A DNA stretch of 39,791 bases from Chiloscyllium plagiosum (GCF_004010195.1 NC_057750.1:18236917-18276707); one strand, 5' to 3'. Positions 1-12,414 are shown, counted from the first letter of the stretch. Translations and numbers: made by a program. Notes: generated from the sequence alone by a model not told the origin.

Positions 1-590
1 TACTGGCTTTTATTTGTAGAGGAATTGAGTTCCGGAGTCCTGTGGTCATGTTGCAGTTGTATAAGACTCTGGTGCTGCCGCATCTGGAGTATTGTGTGCA
101 GTTTTGGTCGCCATATTATAGGAAGGATGTGGAGGCACTGGAATGGGTGCAGAGGAGGTTTACCAGGATGTTGCCTGGTATGGTAGGAAGATCGTATGAG
201 GAAAGGCTGAGGCACTTGGGGCTGTTTTCATTGGAGAAAATAAGGTTTAGGGGTGACTTGATAGAGGTGTACATGATGATTAGGGGTTTAGATAGGGTTG
301 ACCATGAGAACCTATTTCCACGTATGGAGTCAGCTATTACGAGGGGGCATAGCTTTAAATTAAGGGGTGGTAGGTATAGGACAGATGTTAGGGGTAGATT
401 CTTTACTCAGCGAGTCGTGAGTTCATGGAATGCCCTGCCAGTAGCAGTGGTGGACTCTCCCTCTTTATGGGCATTTAAACGGGCATTGGATAGCATATGG
501 AGGATAGTGGACTAGTGTAGGTGGGCTTGGATCGGTGCAACATTGAGGGCCAAAGGGCCTGTACTGCGCTGTATTTTTCTATGTTCTATG
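1..590 (+). mobile_element. CR1 LINE 3' end (RT C-terminal region and tail)
   Basis: ORF 42..515 (LYKTLVLPHLEYCVQFWSPY...RFTRMLPG...RGDLIEVY...RVVSSWNALP); ttctatg-repeat tail at ~580-590. Confidence 0.9.
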
Positions 591-782
591 TAGAAGGGCC
601 TGTTTCTACACTGTATGGAATCTAAAAAAAGACCTCAACATAACCATCCTAACTGCTGTACTCAAAACAACTGAGCAACGAAGGCAAGAATGCTAAATGC
701 TTCCTTAATCACCCTATAGATGCAAACTTCAAATAATTATGCACCTAAACCCCTAGTTCACTCTGTTCTACATTACCCAAGA

Positions 783-988
783 GCTGAAAATGTGTTGCTG
801 GAAAAGCGCAGCAGGTCAGGCAGCATCCGACGAGGAGAATCGACGTTTCGGGCATGAGCCCTTCTTCAGGAAGGGCTCATGCCCGAAACGTCGATTCTCC
901 TGCTCCTTGGATTCTGCCTGACCTGCTGCGCTTTTCCAGCAACACATTTTCAGCTCTGATCTCCAGCATCTGCAGTCCTCACTTTCTC
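783..988. mobile_element. short palindromic Penelope-derived element (family A) with 15-bp TSD
   Basis: Long inverted repeat centred near 868. TSD CTACATTACCCAAGA at 768-782 and 989-1003. Same sequence as the PLE termini at 8764-8890. Confidence 0.8.
842..869 (-). ncRNA. minimal hammerhead ribozyme core
   Basis: Minus strand CUGAAGA-A-GGGC-UCAU-GCCC-GAAACGUC: full core, 4-bp stem II, palindromic ACGU stem III, GUC cleavage triplet. Confidence 0.65.
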
Positions 989-3900
989 CTACATTACCCA
1001 AGACCCTACTTTTGATTGTGTAAGTCTTGCTTTTGTTTTACGAAAATGCAACACCTTGCATTTATCCAAATTAAACTCCATCTGCCACTCTTCAACCCAC
1101 TGACCCAATTAATTAAGATCACTTTGTAATCTTAGATAACCTTCTTCACTGTCCACTATAACACCAATCTTAGTGTCAACTGCAAACTTATTAACTATGC
1201 TTTCAATATTCTCACCTAAAGTCATTACATAAATGACAAAAATGGACTCAGCACCTGTACCGGTGCAACACTGCTGGCCACAGCCTCCAATCCAAAAAAT
1301 AATCCCCCATCACCAGCTTGACAAGTTCTCCTGTCAAGCCAATTTTGTATCAAACTGGCAAGCTCACCCTCAAACCCACGTGATCTAACTTTACTAATCG
1401 ATCAACCTTGTCACCGGCTTTACTAAAGTCCAAGTAATCAATGTCTGCCGCTCTGCCCTCATCAGTCTTTTTGGTTACTTCCTCAAATATTTCAATCAGG
1501 TTTGTAAGACACAATTTCCCTCACACAAAACCATGCTGACTATCCCTAATAATTCCTTGCCTCTCCAAATGCACATAAATCCTATCTTTCAGAATCACTT
1601 CCTTCAACTGAACTACCACCAAAGTCAGACTCACAGGTTAACAGCTCCCAAGCTTCTCCTTACATTCTTACTCTCCAATCATTTGACACCTCACCTGTAC
1701 TTATAGTTGGTACAAATATTTTGACAAGGGGGCCTGCAATTTCCTTCCTAACTTCCTACAAATCCATGAGATTTATCTACTTTATATTTTCTAAGATTTC
1801 CAGCCCTTCCTCTCTTGTAGTATGAATTGTTTTCAAAACATCAATATTTAGTTCCAAGTTCTCCAGCCTGCATTTCTTTCTCCATTGTAAAAACCAATGA
1901 AAATATTCAATTAATATCTCTCCCATCTCCTGAGATTGAACAAGATGAACTCAACGATTCTTAAGGGGCCCTAATCTCTCTCTAGTTGCTTTCTTAAGGG
2001 GCTCTAATCTCTCTCTAGTTGCTCTCTTGCTCTCGATATACTTGTAGAATCTCTGGGTTATCCTTAATCTTTTTTGCCAAGGCTCTCTCATATCCTCTTC
2101 TTGCCTTCCTGATTTCCCTCTTAGGAATGCTCCAACACTCTTTATACTGTTCAAGAGATTCATTTGAACCCCACTGTCTATAGCAAATATATGATTTATT
2201 TTTATTCTTGACTACAATCTCAATATCTTTAGTCATCTATTGGTCTCTGAACTCTCATTATCACTCTTTTGAAAGCCTCCCATTTAGCAGACATTCCTTT
2301 ACCTGAGAACAATCAAGCTTTGAAAAGTTCTTGTCTCAATTAAGAACTTGAAGTGTTATGGAAGGCTTAACAATTATGATCACTAGACCAAAAATATTCT
2401 CCTATTATCACTTCAGTCACTTGCCTTGTCTTATTACCCCAAGGGAAGGTCACGTTTTGCTCCTTCTCTAATAGGAACATTTCCATCTTGATAAAGAAAC
2501 ATTTCTTGAAAACATTTAACAAATTCAACACTATGGTGGCCCAGTCAATGCTTGAAAAATTACATTCATCTACTATTACAACATTATTCTTGCATTTTTC
2601 TGAGATCTCTCTATATATTTATTTCTCAATTTTGCTCTGATTATTTGGATGGGAGTGCAGGAATCTATAGTATAATCCCATCAAGGTGATCAGACATTTT
2701 TTTAATATCTAATTTCAACTCATTTTCTTTGCACATGTTTTTAGAAATACCTTCTCTAGTTACAGCAGTGATGTTTTCCTTAATCAAAAAGCCACTCCCC
2801 GTCTTTTGCGTCTTATTCTATTCTTTCTAAAGCATATGAAACTGAGACATTGAGCTGCCAGTCCTGTCCATCCTTCAGCCAAATGTCTATAATTACTATG
2901 GCGTCCCAAATGCATGTTCCCAAACATGCATTGAGTTCATCAACCTTACCTCAAGACCCTTCATTGAAATAGATAGAGTTTAATTTTTCAGAGTTACTTT
3001 GCACTCGGACTTAGTCTTGTCTACTTTTTCCAACTAATTTGCCTAGTTCAGATTCAAAACCATCCTCATCCATCTTTCCATTTACTGTGCTACGTGGGGT
3101 CCCTCTAAATGTTTACAGTCTCCTTTAATAGAATGAGCAAATCTTCTGGCTAGGATAGTGGTCTCTTCACAGTACAAGCGAAACTTGTCTTTTTTTAACA
3201 GGTCTTTTCTACCGCTGAAAAGATCCCAATGGTCCAAGAACCTGAATCCCTGAACATTACACCATCTCTTCAGCCATTGATTTCTTTCCTTTATCCTTTT
3301 ATTTTTTCCTTAATTTGAGCTTGGCACTGGGAGTAAACCAGAGATTAACAAACGGAGCTCAAAGTTAGTAATCTTCTAACTAACCTCTTATATACACTCT
3401 GTAAAGCCTTAATCTTTTCCCTAACCATGTCATTCTTCCCAATGTGTACAATAACTTCTGGCTTCACACTCGCCCCTTTAATAATACGCTGCAGATGTTT
3501 TGAAACATCTTGAATTCTGTCACCAGCATAACATACTATCCCAGATTCATGCTGAAATGCTGCAGAATCTCCTGCCTGTGCCCTTGACAGGCAAGTCTCC
3601 TACAACAATTATTCTTTTAAATTCTGTCAAACTCTGCCTAAATTAAGATTCATTCATAGCACCAAAGATCTGACTGTCTCTTTTGACTATCCTTTTCAAA
3701 ACTACCCAAAACTAAGTATCCGTTTGAGACAGGAATAGCCACAAGGGACTTCTGACCTACCTTCTTACTTTTCCTGACAGTCACCCATCTGAGTGATCCT
3801 GCTATGTAATCACTTTTCTAAATCTACTAGCCATCTATCTCTGCATCTCCTCCATGCCCTCAATGTGATTAAGCCTAAAAAGAAGCAATTTACAATAGTA

Positions 3901-4295
3901 CCTTATATATAAGATAAAGGTAGTTACTTTATTTTAAGAGTTAATAGTAAGCATACAAACAAGAAATTAAAAAAAGATCTTAAATAAAATCAAACACTTA
4001 ACTGAACAAATCATTTTTTTAAAATCCTGCTCAAGTGATCTAGCAAACAACTTTCAATCTTCTGATTAAAACAAAAACTCACTCCAGAGCTATCCATGTG
4101 TAGACCTCTCCAGAACTCCTTAAACACAACTGTTTAGAAAAAAAAACCCTTCTCCACAATTTAAAAAAAAAATCTCTTTAGTGCTATTAAAAATAAATCA
4201 TTCTTTTATACTTAGAATTTTAAAGAAAGAAAACCAAGCCATCACGTGTTGGTCTCTCCGTTAAAAGAACTCAGCCTGAATCAAAAGGTTCATGA

Positions 4296-4515
4296 ACAGA
4301 ACTGAAAACTAAAAATACTGGAGATCACAGTGGGTCAAGCAGCATCCACGGAGGGAAAACAAGCTAATGTTGAGATTTCCAGAGCTCTGATGAAGAGTCA
4401 TCTACACCCTAAATGTTAGCTTGCTTTCTCTCCATGGATGCTACTGGACCCACTGTGATCTCATGCATTTTGTGCTTTCAATACAGATTCCAGCACCTAC
4501 AGTAATTTGCTTCTA
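4296..4515. mobile_element. short palindromic PLE-derived element (family B type), decayed hammerhead core
   Basis: Inverted arms (gagatcacagtgggtc...gacccactgtgatctc) around ctgatgaagagtcatctacaccctaaatgtt. Confidence 0.55.
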
Positions 4516-4674
4516 CATAGAGTTCATTAACAGAACACTGTTTGAAAAAAATCATGCAATTTTTGTTTTTTATTAGGAGAAAACGAGTCTGCAGATGCTG
4601 GTCATCAGAATCGAAAGTATGGTGCTGGAAAGAGACAGCAGGTCAGGCAGCATTTGAGCATGAGAATCAGATTC

Positions 4675-4702
4675 CTGATGAAGGGCTTATGCCCGAAACG
4701 TC
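4675..4702 (+). ncRNA. minimal hammerhead ribozyme core in PLE-derived element (~4575-4735)
   Basis: CUGAUGA-A-GGGC-UUAU-GCCC-GAAACGUC. Confidence 0.6.
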
Positions 4703-5019
4703 CTGCTCCGCCTTTCCAGCACCACACTTTTTGTTGGGTTTTTTTTGCATTTGACAAAAAGAAATAATAAATAAAAAATAAAAATAAAAATCTAATATGA
4801 CTGAAACGTAAGAACTGTAAGAAATGTAAAAGTAAATCTAGAAATAAGTCTGACTCTCAGGACAAGCTGCAAGATCTATGCTACTCTCAATGTACCATTT
4901 TAGAATCAGAGTTGAAATGTCAACTCTGCTTTCTCTCCATAGACATCACCAGACCTGCTGGGCTTCTCCAGCAATTTCTGTTTTTCTGCTTCTAATACTA
5001 AAGCAGTCCGTTTGCAACC

Positions 5020-5470
5020 AAGTGACAACACTTGATTCAGAGGTGAGCTTTGAATCTTTTACATTGTTCCATTACCAAGTTTGCTTATTTCACCTCTATA
5101 ATAGCACCAAATCTTGCTGCTGTCTCAACCCATGAGCTGCTGAAAACCTCAGTTTTGCCTTTGCTCACTTTAGACTTGACTATAGCAATGTACTCCTGGC
5201 TAGTCTCCAACATTCTAATTCCCCGCAACACCAACACTCCTGTGCCCATAACCATCCTGTAAGGTTGGCAAAATTCTGTGATTTCATTCACAGCTCACTT
5301 ATCCTTGCCCTCACAGAACACACAGGCTGCCAGTGAAGCCAAGTCTATGCTCATTCTAGTTGTCAATTCTCTCCAAGGCTTCATTCCACTCTATTTTAGA
5401 AATCTGCTTCAGCCCGACAGTCCTCCAAGATATCTGTACTTCTCTACTATGGCTATTAAAGCATCACCAA
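5020..5470 (+). mobile_element. L2 LINE fragment
   Basis: Decayed L2-type RT C-terminal motifs (AYFHL..IA, RLDYSN.LL, .PITIL). Confidence 0.55.
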
Positions 5471-5719
5471 TAGCAATTATTCAGATACTTTCGTATGAAT
5501 TGCATTGACTTAGATGCGGTTAGAGGTAAGGTCTCAGGGCAGTGTTTCAATCTCTGGATAAAAGGCCCAGGTTCCAATCCAACCTACCAAGGAGGGGTGT
5601 CATAGCATGTGTTACCTATAAAGAGACATTTCAAAGAGACTCTTGTGCTTCAGTTGTAGCATCCCTACTTCTGGGTGTGATGGCCATGCATGGGTCATAA
5701 TTACTGACATGGTTGGGAA

Positions 5720-6660
5720 ATCAGTTGCACAGCATATGATAGAAAGAAGGGATAATGGGTAGGTACTCAAATTGGCAGGATATAACTAGTGGTGTCCCAC
5801 AAAGATCTGTTTTAGGGCTTCAATTATTCACATTTTTCATTAGCGACTTGGATAATGACATACGAGGTCATATATCAAAATTTACTGATCTCACAAATGT
5901 TAGGCAACATTATTAACAAAATGATAATATAAAATAGACTAAATGACTGGGCAAAACTGTGGCAGTTGGAGTTCAATGTTAGCAAGTATGATGTTATCCA
6001 TTTTGGATTGAAAAAAAGGATAGATGAGGGTACTTTCTAGATAGAATGAAGTAATAATGTCAAAAGAGACTTTGGGGTTCAGGGGGTGCATAGATCTTTA
6101 AAATGTCACGAATAAGTGCAGAAAATAATCAATGTTAGTCTTTATATCTAGAGGATTGGAGTACAAGGATGCAGACGTTATGCTGCACCACACCTTAGGA
6201 AGGATATATTGGCCTTGGAGGTGTACAACAGATTTACAAGAATGACACCTGGACTTCGGGTTAAGTTGTGAAGAGCAATCAGCCCTGTCTTTTCTAGAAT
6301 TTAGAAAGTTAAGCGATGACCTGATTGAAGTCTTCAAGAATAGACAGGGTAGGTAAAGATAAACTATTTCCACTGGTTGGGGATTCTAGGACTAGGGGAC
6401 AGAGTCTGAGAGTTAGGGCCAGATTATTCAGGAGCAATGTTGGGAAGCACTTCTACATAGAAAGGGTGGTAGATGTTTGGAATTCCCTTACACAAGCAGT
6501 TGGATCAGTTGTTAATTTTAAATCTGAATAAATAAATCTTTGCAAAGATATTAAAGGATGTCGGCCAAGGAAGATATATGGAGTTAGGCCACAGATGGAA
6601 TTAGGCCACAGATGGAATCTACTTGAGTGGCTGAATGGCCTACTCCTGTTCCAATGTTAT
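5720..6660 (+). mobile_element. CR1 LINE fragment (RT to 3' tail)
   Basis: SGVPQ.SVLG near 5790; ORF 6325..6531 (KLFPLVGDSRTRGQSLRVR...RVVDVWNSL); tail gaatggcctactcctgttcc. Confidence 0.75.
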
Positions 6661-8184
6661 GTCCATGCAGATTGATACTTACTGTAACTGTGGCTGAATG
6701 AGGCACATGCTTGTAATGTTTTTCTGTATCTAAATTTAAGACCAAGTAACAAATGTCTAGAAACATTTTTCACAAATAAAACAGCTCCACCATTAGTGGA
6801 CATGCAATTATCTAACTGGGCCCAATAGGTCTGGGTAAGGGATGACTTTTCCTCATTTGGACTACAAACTGGACAATGGAAGTTGGACAGTGCTATATGG
6901 CTAAAAGGTATGACAACTGGGTCTTTTTCTGTAACTTGTAGATCAAGTGGGACGATAAGTGTACATTTTAGTGATACGAGACTACACTACTTTTTGGAGC
7001 ACTGAAGGGGATACTGAGAGAGTGGCACAAGAAGACTTTAAGTTAAGAAAATATTGTTTAACGACAGCTTCAGATTGGTCCAGCTGCAGATTGTTACAGA
7101 TCAGAGAACAGTGCACTCAGTCACTCAGAAGCCTGTAAACAGGAAACAGCTCTCACTATATCTGACAACGAAAAGACAAAAACCTGCAGATTCTAAAAGA
7201 ACACTGATACCTAGTTCTGCCTGGCTGACTACTGAATTGAAAATTGTTCATCACTGCACAAACATTGCAACGTCGCTTAAATAAAAATCAAAAGGTTGAG
7301 AAATAATTCACCCTACTCTTGAAATCTAAACTTGGGAACTATAAAAACAAAAACAGTAATCACTGAAAAAAAACTCACCAGGTCTGACATGATCTGTGGA
7401 AAGGAATCTGAGTTAAATGTTTCAGGTCCAGTGACCCTTCTTTAGAACTGACTCCGATTTCGAGTTCTTTCAGTTTTTTTCTGAACTTTGTTTCCGGGGC
7501 TATACCTTTTCCATCCATAGTGTGTGTCAGACCACCTTTCTTTTCTGGTTCATGTGTTCAAGGTTTTAAAGTTTATAGCTTAAGTTGTATAGTGACAAAA
7601 TATGGATTACAAACTTACTGCCTCTTAAAGGGTAAGTCTCCACTTAATAAAATTATTTTCCTGTTCATGACTGATTTCCTGATGTGAATTACTTTTATCC
7701 TGAACAGCAATTTGTCAGGCAAACTTTGTTTAATTGTGTCATTAAGCATTAATTGGATAGTTAAACATTATAATAGCTTGTGGAGTAGATCATTGACACA
7801 CACTGCAAAATTGAATTGTGACATCTGGAAGATTACCCATTGCAGCCCTCCTTAAAAATCTACATCAGCAGCTTTGGAAGATGGAAGGCTGTCCAGGAGA
7901 ACAATTGAATCCTCAGAATTGCAGGCAAGTAAAGCAACACATGGGCTTAAGTAAGGGTGGAGGCAAGCATCACAGAAGTGGAAGTAAGGACCCTCTTGTG
8001 GTGCAGTGGTAGTGTCCCTATCCTCGAACCAGAAGGCCCAGAATCAAGTCCAATCTGCTCCAGACCTGTATAATAACATCTCTGAACAGGTTAATTAGCA
8101 AAATGGATATAGGTGGAAGTAAACAGTCCTTATAGTGGAGAGGGTAGGAAGCTTATCAGAAGTGGGACATACATTGGGAGATTA

Positions 8185-8452
8185 CATTACATTACATTAC
8201 ATTACAGTGTGGAAATAGGCCCTTCGGCCCAACAAGTCCACACCGACCCGCTGAAGCGCAACCCACCCATACCCCTACATTTACCCCTTACCTAACACTA
8301 CGGGCAATTTAGCATGGCCAATTCACCTGACCTGCACACTTTTTGACTGTGGGAGGAAACCGGAGCACCCGGAGGAAACCCACGCAGACACGGGGAGAAC
8401 GTGCAATCTCCACACAGTCAGTCGCCTGAGGCGGGAACTGAACCTGGGTCTC
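8185..8452 (-). mobile_element. HE1/V-SINE-type tRNA-derived SINE, 5'-truncated
   Basis: V-domain tgtggag.ttgcacgttctccccgtgtctgcgtgggtttcctccgggtgctccggtttcctcccacag; (ttaca)n tail on + strand. Confidence 0.8.
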
Positions 8453-8860
8453 AGATGCACACCAAGATCCTGCAGATGCCCTGACACAAGATGATGTATG
8501 AACATTCTCCAGAAAGTTCAAATCTCAGAGGCTGATTGACCTTTTGTGAGCATCTTGGACCCAGATTATGGACAGAAACTTGGGCACGATACATGGAATA
8601 TGTCTGCATACTTAGCAAGAAATACTAAACAACTCAATACTTCATCTAACTCAGTGGTTAGTGAGGATAACACAACAGGACACCACAACCGACTCAGGTA
8701 AAATCTGACGTCACAGAGTCACAAAGCCGTACAGCTTAGAAACAGACCCTTCAGTCTAACTCGGTAAAAACAATGACTGCAGATGCTGAAAACCAGATTT
8801 TGGATTAGTGGTGCTGGAAGAGCACAGCAGTTCAGGCAGCATCCTAGGAGCAGCAAAATC

Positions 8861-8888
8861 GACGTTTCGGGCAAAAGCCCTTCATCAG
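8861..8888 (-). ncRNA. minimal hammerhead ribozyme core in PLE 3' terminus
   Basis: CUGAUGA-A-GGGC-UUUU-GCCC-GAAACGUC, sense to the PLE ORF. Inverted copy at 10220-10247 (+) with AUC triplet. Confidence 0.7.
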
Positions 8889-9496
8889 GAATAAAGGCAG
8901 TGAGCCTGAAGCGTGGAGAGATAAGCTAGAGAAGGGTGAGGAGAAAGTAGCATGGAGTACAATAGGTGAATGGGGAAGGGGATGAAGGTGATAGGTCAGG
9001 GAGGAGGGTGGAGTGGATAGGTGGAAAAGAAGATAGGCAGGTAGGACAAGTCATGGGGACAGTGCTGAGCTGGAAGTTTGGAACCAGGGTGAGGTGGGGG
9101 AAGGGGAAAATGAGGAAACTGTTGAAGTCCACATTGATGCCCTGGGGTTGAAGTGTTCCGAGGCGGAAGATGAGGCGTTCTTCCTCCAGGCGTCTGGTGG
9201 TAAGGGAGAGGTAGTGAAGGAGGCCCAGCACCTCCACATCCTCGGCAGAGTGGGAGGGGGAGTTGAAATGTTGGGCCACAGGGCGGTTGTGGTTGGGCCA
9301 CAGGGCAGGTGTCCTGGAGATGTTCCCTAAAGCGCTCTGCTAGGAGGCGTCCAGTTTCCCTAATGTAGAGGAGACCGTATCGGGAGCAACGGATACAATA
9401 AATGATATTAGTGGATGTGCAGGTAAGACTTTGGATGTGGAAGGCTCCTTCAGGGCCTTGGATGGAGGTGAGGGAGGAGGTGTGGGCGCAGGTTTT

Positions 9497-9614
9497 NNNN
9501 NNNNNNNNNNNNNNNNNNNNNNNNNNNNNNNNNNNNNNNNNNNNNNNNNNNNNNNNNNNNNNNNNNNNNNNNNNNNNNNNNNNNNNNNNNNNNNNNNNNN
9601 NNNNNNNNNNNNNN
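9497..9614. other. assembly gap (118 N)
   Basis: Run of N inside the Penelope element. Confidence 1.
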
Positions 9615-10709
9615 GAGATGCGTTGGAGGGCATCTTTAACCACGTGGGAAGGGAAATTGCGGTCTCTAAAGAAGGAGGCCATCTAGTGTGTTCTGGTGGA
9701 ACTGGTCCTCCTGGGAGCAGATACGGAGGAGGCGGAGGAATTGGGAATACGGGACGGCATTTTTGCAAGAGGTAGGGTGGGAAGAGATGTAATCCAGGTA
9801 GCTGTGGAAGTCGGTGGGTTTGTAAAAAATGTCAGTGTCAAGTCGGTCGTCATTAATGGAGATGGAGAGGTCCAGGGAGGGGAGGGAAGTGTCAGAGATG
9901 GTCCAGGTAAATTTATGGTCAGGGTGAAATGTGTTGAAGTTAATGAATTGCTCAACCTCCTCACGGGAGCATGAGGTGGCGCCAATGCATTCATCAATGT
10001 AGCGGAGGAAGAGGTGGGGAGTGGTGCCAGTGTAATTATGGAAGATCAACTGTTCTTTGTAGCCAACAAAGAGACAGGCATTTCCACCTATCCACTCCAC
10101 CCTCCTCCCTGACTTATCACCTTCATCCCCTCCCCCACTCACCTATTGTACTCCATGCTACTTTCTCCCCATCCTTCTCTAACTTATCTCTCCATGCTTC
10201 AGGCTCTCTGCTTTTATTCCTGATGAAGGGCTTTTGCCCGAAACATCGATTTTGCTGCTCCTAGGATGTTGCCTGAACTACTATTCTCCTTCAGTCTAAC
10301 TCGTCCATGCCGACTAGATATCCTAAATAAATCTAGTCCCATTTGGCCCATATCTCTCTAAACCCTTCAAATCCATATTCATATAAGCGATGAAGAAGGA
10401 TAGACTCTCGAGGGACAGTGGTGCAGAGACAAGTCAAGTCACTTCAAGAGATACTCATTATTGGAAGGTCGGACAGGATATGCAAGTGAGGAGGATTTAA
10501 GAGGGCAACTGGTAATAAAGAAAAGGCAGCCAGTGATTATCCTAACGCACTTAACTGCTGTGCAAACGGTTGCAGGACTCATTGCTGCTTGATGTGATCC
10601 AGCTAGATCAGGTGATAAGTGACTGCTCATCACATACATCTAAGTCTGTGGACTGTGGACCTTGGACCTAATATAGAAAAGCCAAGGGGCATATCAAGGT
10701 AGAAGACCT

Positions 10710-10930
10710 AATGAAACAAAAACAGAAACTCAGCAAGTCTGGCAGCATCTGTGAGAAGAAAGCAGAATTAACATGGAGCCTGGTGACTCATCAAAACTGT
10801 TCAGGTGAAGAGTCATCAGACTTGAAACATTAACTCTGCCTTCTTCCCACAGATGCTGCCAGCCTGCCGAGTTTCACCAGCAAATTCTGTTTATGTTTCA
10901 GATCTCCAGCAACCGCAGTTCTTCATTTTG
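10710..10930. mobile_element. short palindromic PLE-derived element (family B), decayed
   Basis: Inverted arms ctggcagcatctgtg...cacagatgctgccag around gaagagtcatcagacttgaaacattaac. Confidence 0.55.
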
Positions 10931-10959
10931 TAGAAGACTTGAAGGTTTGACAAAGACAA

Positions 10960-12270
10960 TAATGTGTGTTGACAGCTGTGGAACAAGCAAAGCATCAAAG
11001 AAGTAACATGTGCTGTGGAGTAGAGGTAGCTCATTCACATACTGTACTTGGATTTTCAGAAAGCATTTGACAAGGATCCATAAAGGGTTACCACTCAAAG
11101 TAGAAGGACACTGTGTAGGACCAAACATTTTAGTTTGGATAGAAGATTGGCTGGTAGGCAGAAAACAGGAAATATTCATAAATGTGTCATTTTCTGATTG
11201 GCACGATATGATGAGTAGAGTCCCACTGGGATCTGTATTGGGGTCTCAGTATTTTATAATTATATTAATGATTTGGATGATGGAAACAAAGGCATTATAG
11301 ATACATTTGCAGATAATACTACATGTATTATGAAGAAGAAACAAGGAGGTTGCAGGAAGATTTTAAAAAGGTTGAATAAGTAGGCAAACATCTAGCAGAA
11401 GAAACATGTGTAATTGTTCATTTGGCAGTAAGAATAAAAGGTTTTACCTAAAAGGACTGCAGAATTCTAAGGTGCAGAGGTCCAGTGTACAAATCACATG
11501 AAATTAGTATACCGGTACAGCAAACAGTTAAAAGAGGCTAATGGAATGCCATGTGAGATGTTAAACATAAAAGTAAAGATGGACATTGGCAAATACTTAC
11601 TTAAGGGATGATGTAAACGTGTTGGCGGAGGTTCAGAGGAGCTTTACTAATTGGGTGTAAGGTTTGCTCGCTGAGCTGGAAGGTTCATTTTCAGATGTTT
11701 CGTCACCATACTAGGTAACATCTTCAGTGAGCCTCTGAAAATGAACCTTCCAGCTCAGCGAGCAAACCTACACCCAGAACCTCAACCGGAGCTACAAATC
11801 TTCTCAAAACTCGCTAGCTTTACTAAATTGATATCTGGAATAAGCAGGTTGCCTTAAGGGTACAAAGGGGACAGACTGGGCTTATTACTACTTTAGAGTG
11901 AAGAGTGACTTGACTGAAAACGTACAAGAATGTTGACAAGGTGGATGTGGAGATGATGCTTTTCTCTTGTACACGAATCCAGAACGAAGAAACACAGTTT
12001 TAAGTTAGGGAGTTAGCTTTTTTTTTGATAGAGATTAGAATTCTTATTTCTCAGTGGCTTGTGCAACTTTGGAATTCTGTGACTGTGCCCTCTCCACATA
12101 CAATTTTTTTTAAAAATGGAAATAGTAAATAGACTTCTGATATGCAAAGGAATCAATGGTTATCAGGGGTAGATGGAATTGTGCAATCCAAACCATAAAT
12201 TCACCCAAATTCCATAGATGGAACAGGCTAAAATGGGCTGAGTGGACTAATTCTGCTCCTATTTCATACT
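10960..12270 (+). mobile_element. decayed CR1 LINE (RT to tail)
   Basis: LDFQKAFD, WIEDWLVGRKQ, SRVPLGSVLG, FADNT remnants; interrupted at 11651-11815. Confidence 0.75.
11651..11815. mobile_element. short palindromic PLE-derived element (family C) with 11-bp TSD and hammerhead core
   Basis: Arms ggtttgctcgctgagctggaaggttcattttcaga / tctgaaaatgaaccttccagctcagcgagcaaacc. TSD AGCTTTACTAA at 11640-11650 and 11816-11826. Minus-strand core 11694-11727: CUGAAGA-U-GUUACC-UAGUAU-GGUGAC-GAAACAUC. Confidence 0.75.
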
Positions 12271-12414
12271 ATTAATATTGGGAAAACTTAATCCAAAGTT
12301 TCCATCAGTTTTCCATGAACGTAGAACGGTCCCACAAATAATTTTATAACTGTCAAACATCAAAGCTATTTGAAAACTAGGTAAAGTCACAATGTGGATT
12401 ACATTCCAACAATT

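Larger units (their letters stand above)
630..3800 (-). mobile_element. old, decayed near-full-length CR1 LINE (ORF1 esterase, endonuclease and RT remnants)
   Basis: Minus-strand remnants in the expected order: ORF1 SGNH-like GFRFLDHWDLF near 3230-3260, linker EIRKARRGYERALAKKIKDNP (2015..2236), RT LDFSKA/KFAVDTKIGV near 1150-1440. Boundaries approximate. Confidence 0.7.
8764..10287 (-). mobile_element. Penelope-like retroelement, 5'-truncated, with inverted terminal pseudo-LTR and 16-bp TSD
   Basis: RT (FLRYIDE, LDLSI, DIFYKPTDFHSYLDY.SSHP.SCKNAVPYSQFLRL) at ~9670-10080. GIY-YIG endonuclease (NIIYCIRCSRYGLLYIRETGR...RFREH, AQHFN, RLEEERLIFRLGTLQPQGIN) at ~9120-9420. 10081-10287 is an inverted copy of the 3' terminus. 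TSD CCTTCAGTCTAACTCG at 8748-8763 and 10288-10303. Confidence 0.9.

Noticed and set aside
42..515. LINE/PLE-derived ORFs (also 38963-39782, 9666-10142) as host genes
   Set aside because: Truncated, frameshifted retrotransposon remnants with no splice or promoter support for domestication.
783..988. DNA-transposon MITE or pre-miRNA interpretation of the palindromes
   Set aside because: TSDs are long and variable (11-16 bp), the arms are asymmetric, and the sequence matches Penelope termini.
1960..2025. Short tandem duplications (33 bp here, 17 bp at 6584-6617, ~54 bp at 33136-33245) as an array or CRISPR-like structure
   Set aside because: Two-copy local duplications inside decayed elements, no spacers, and the sequence is eukaryotic.
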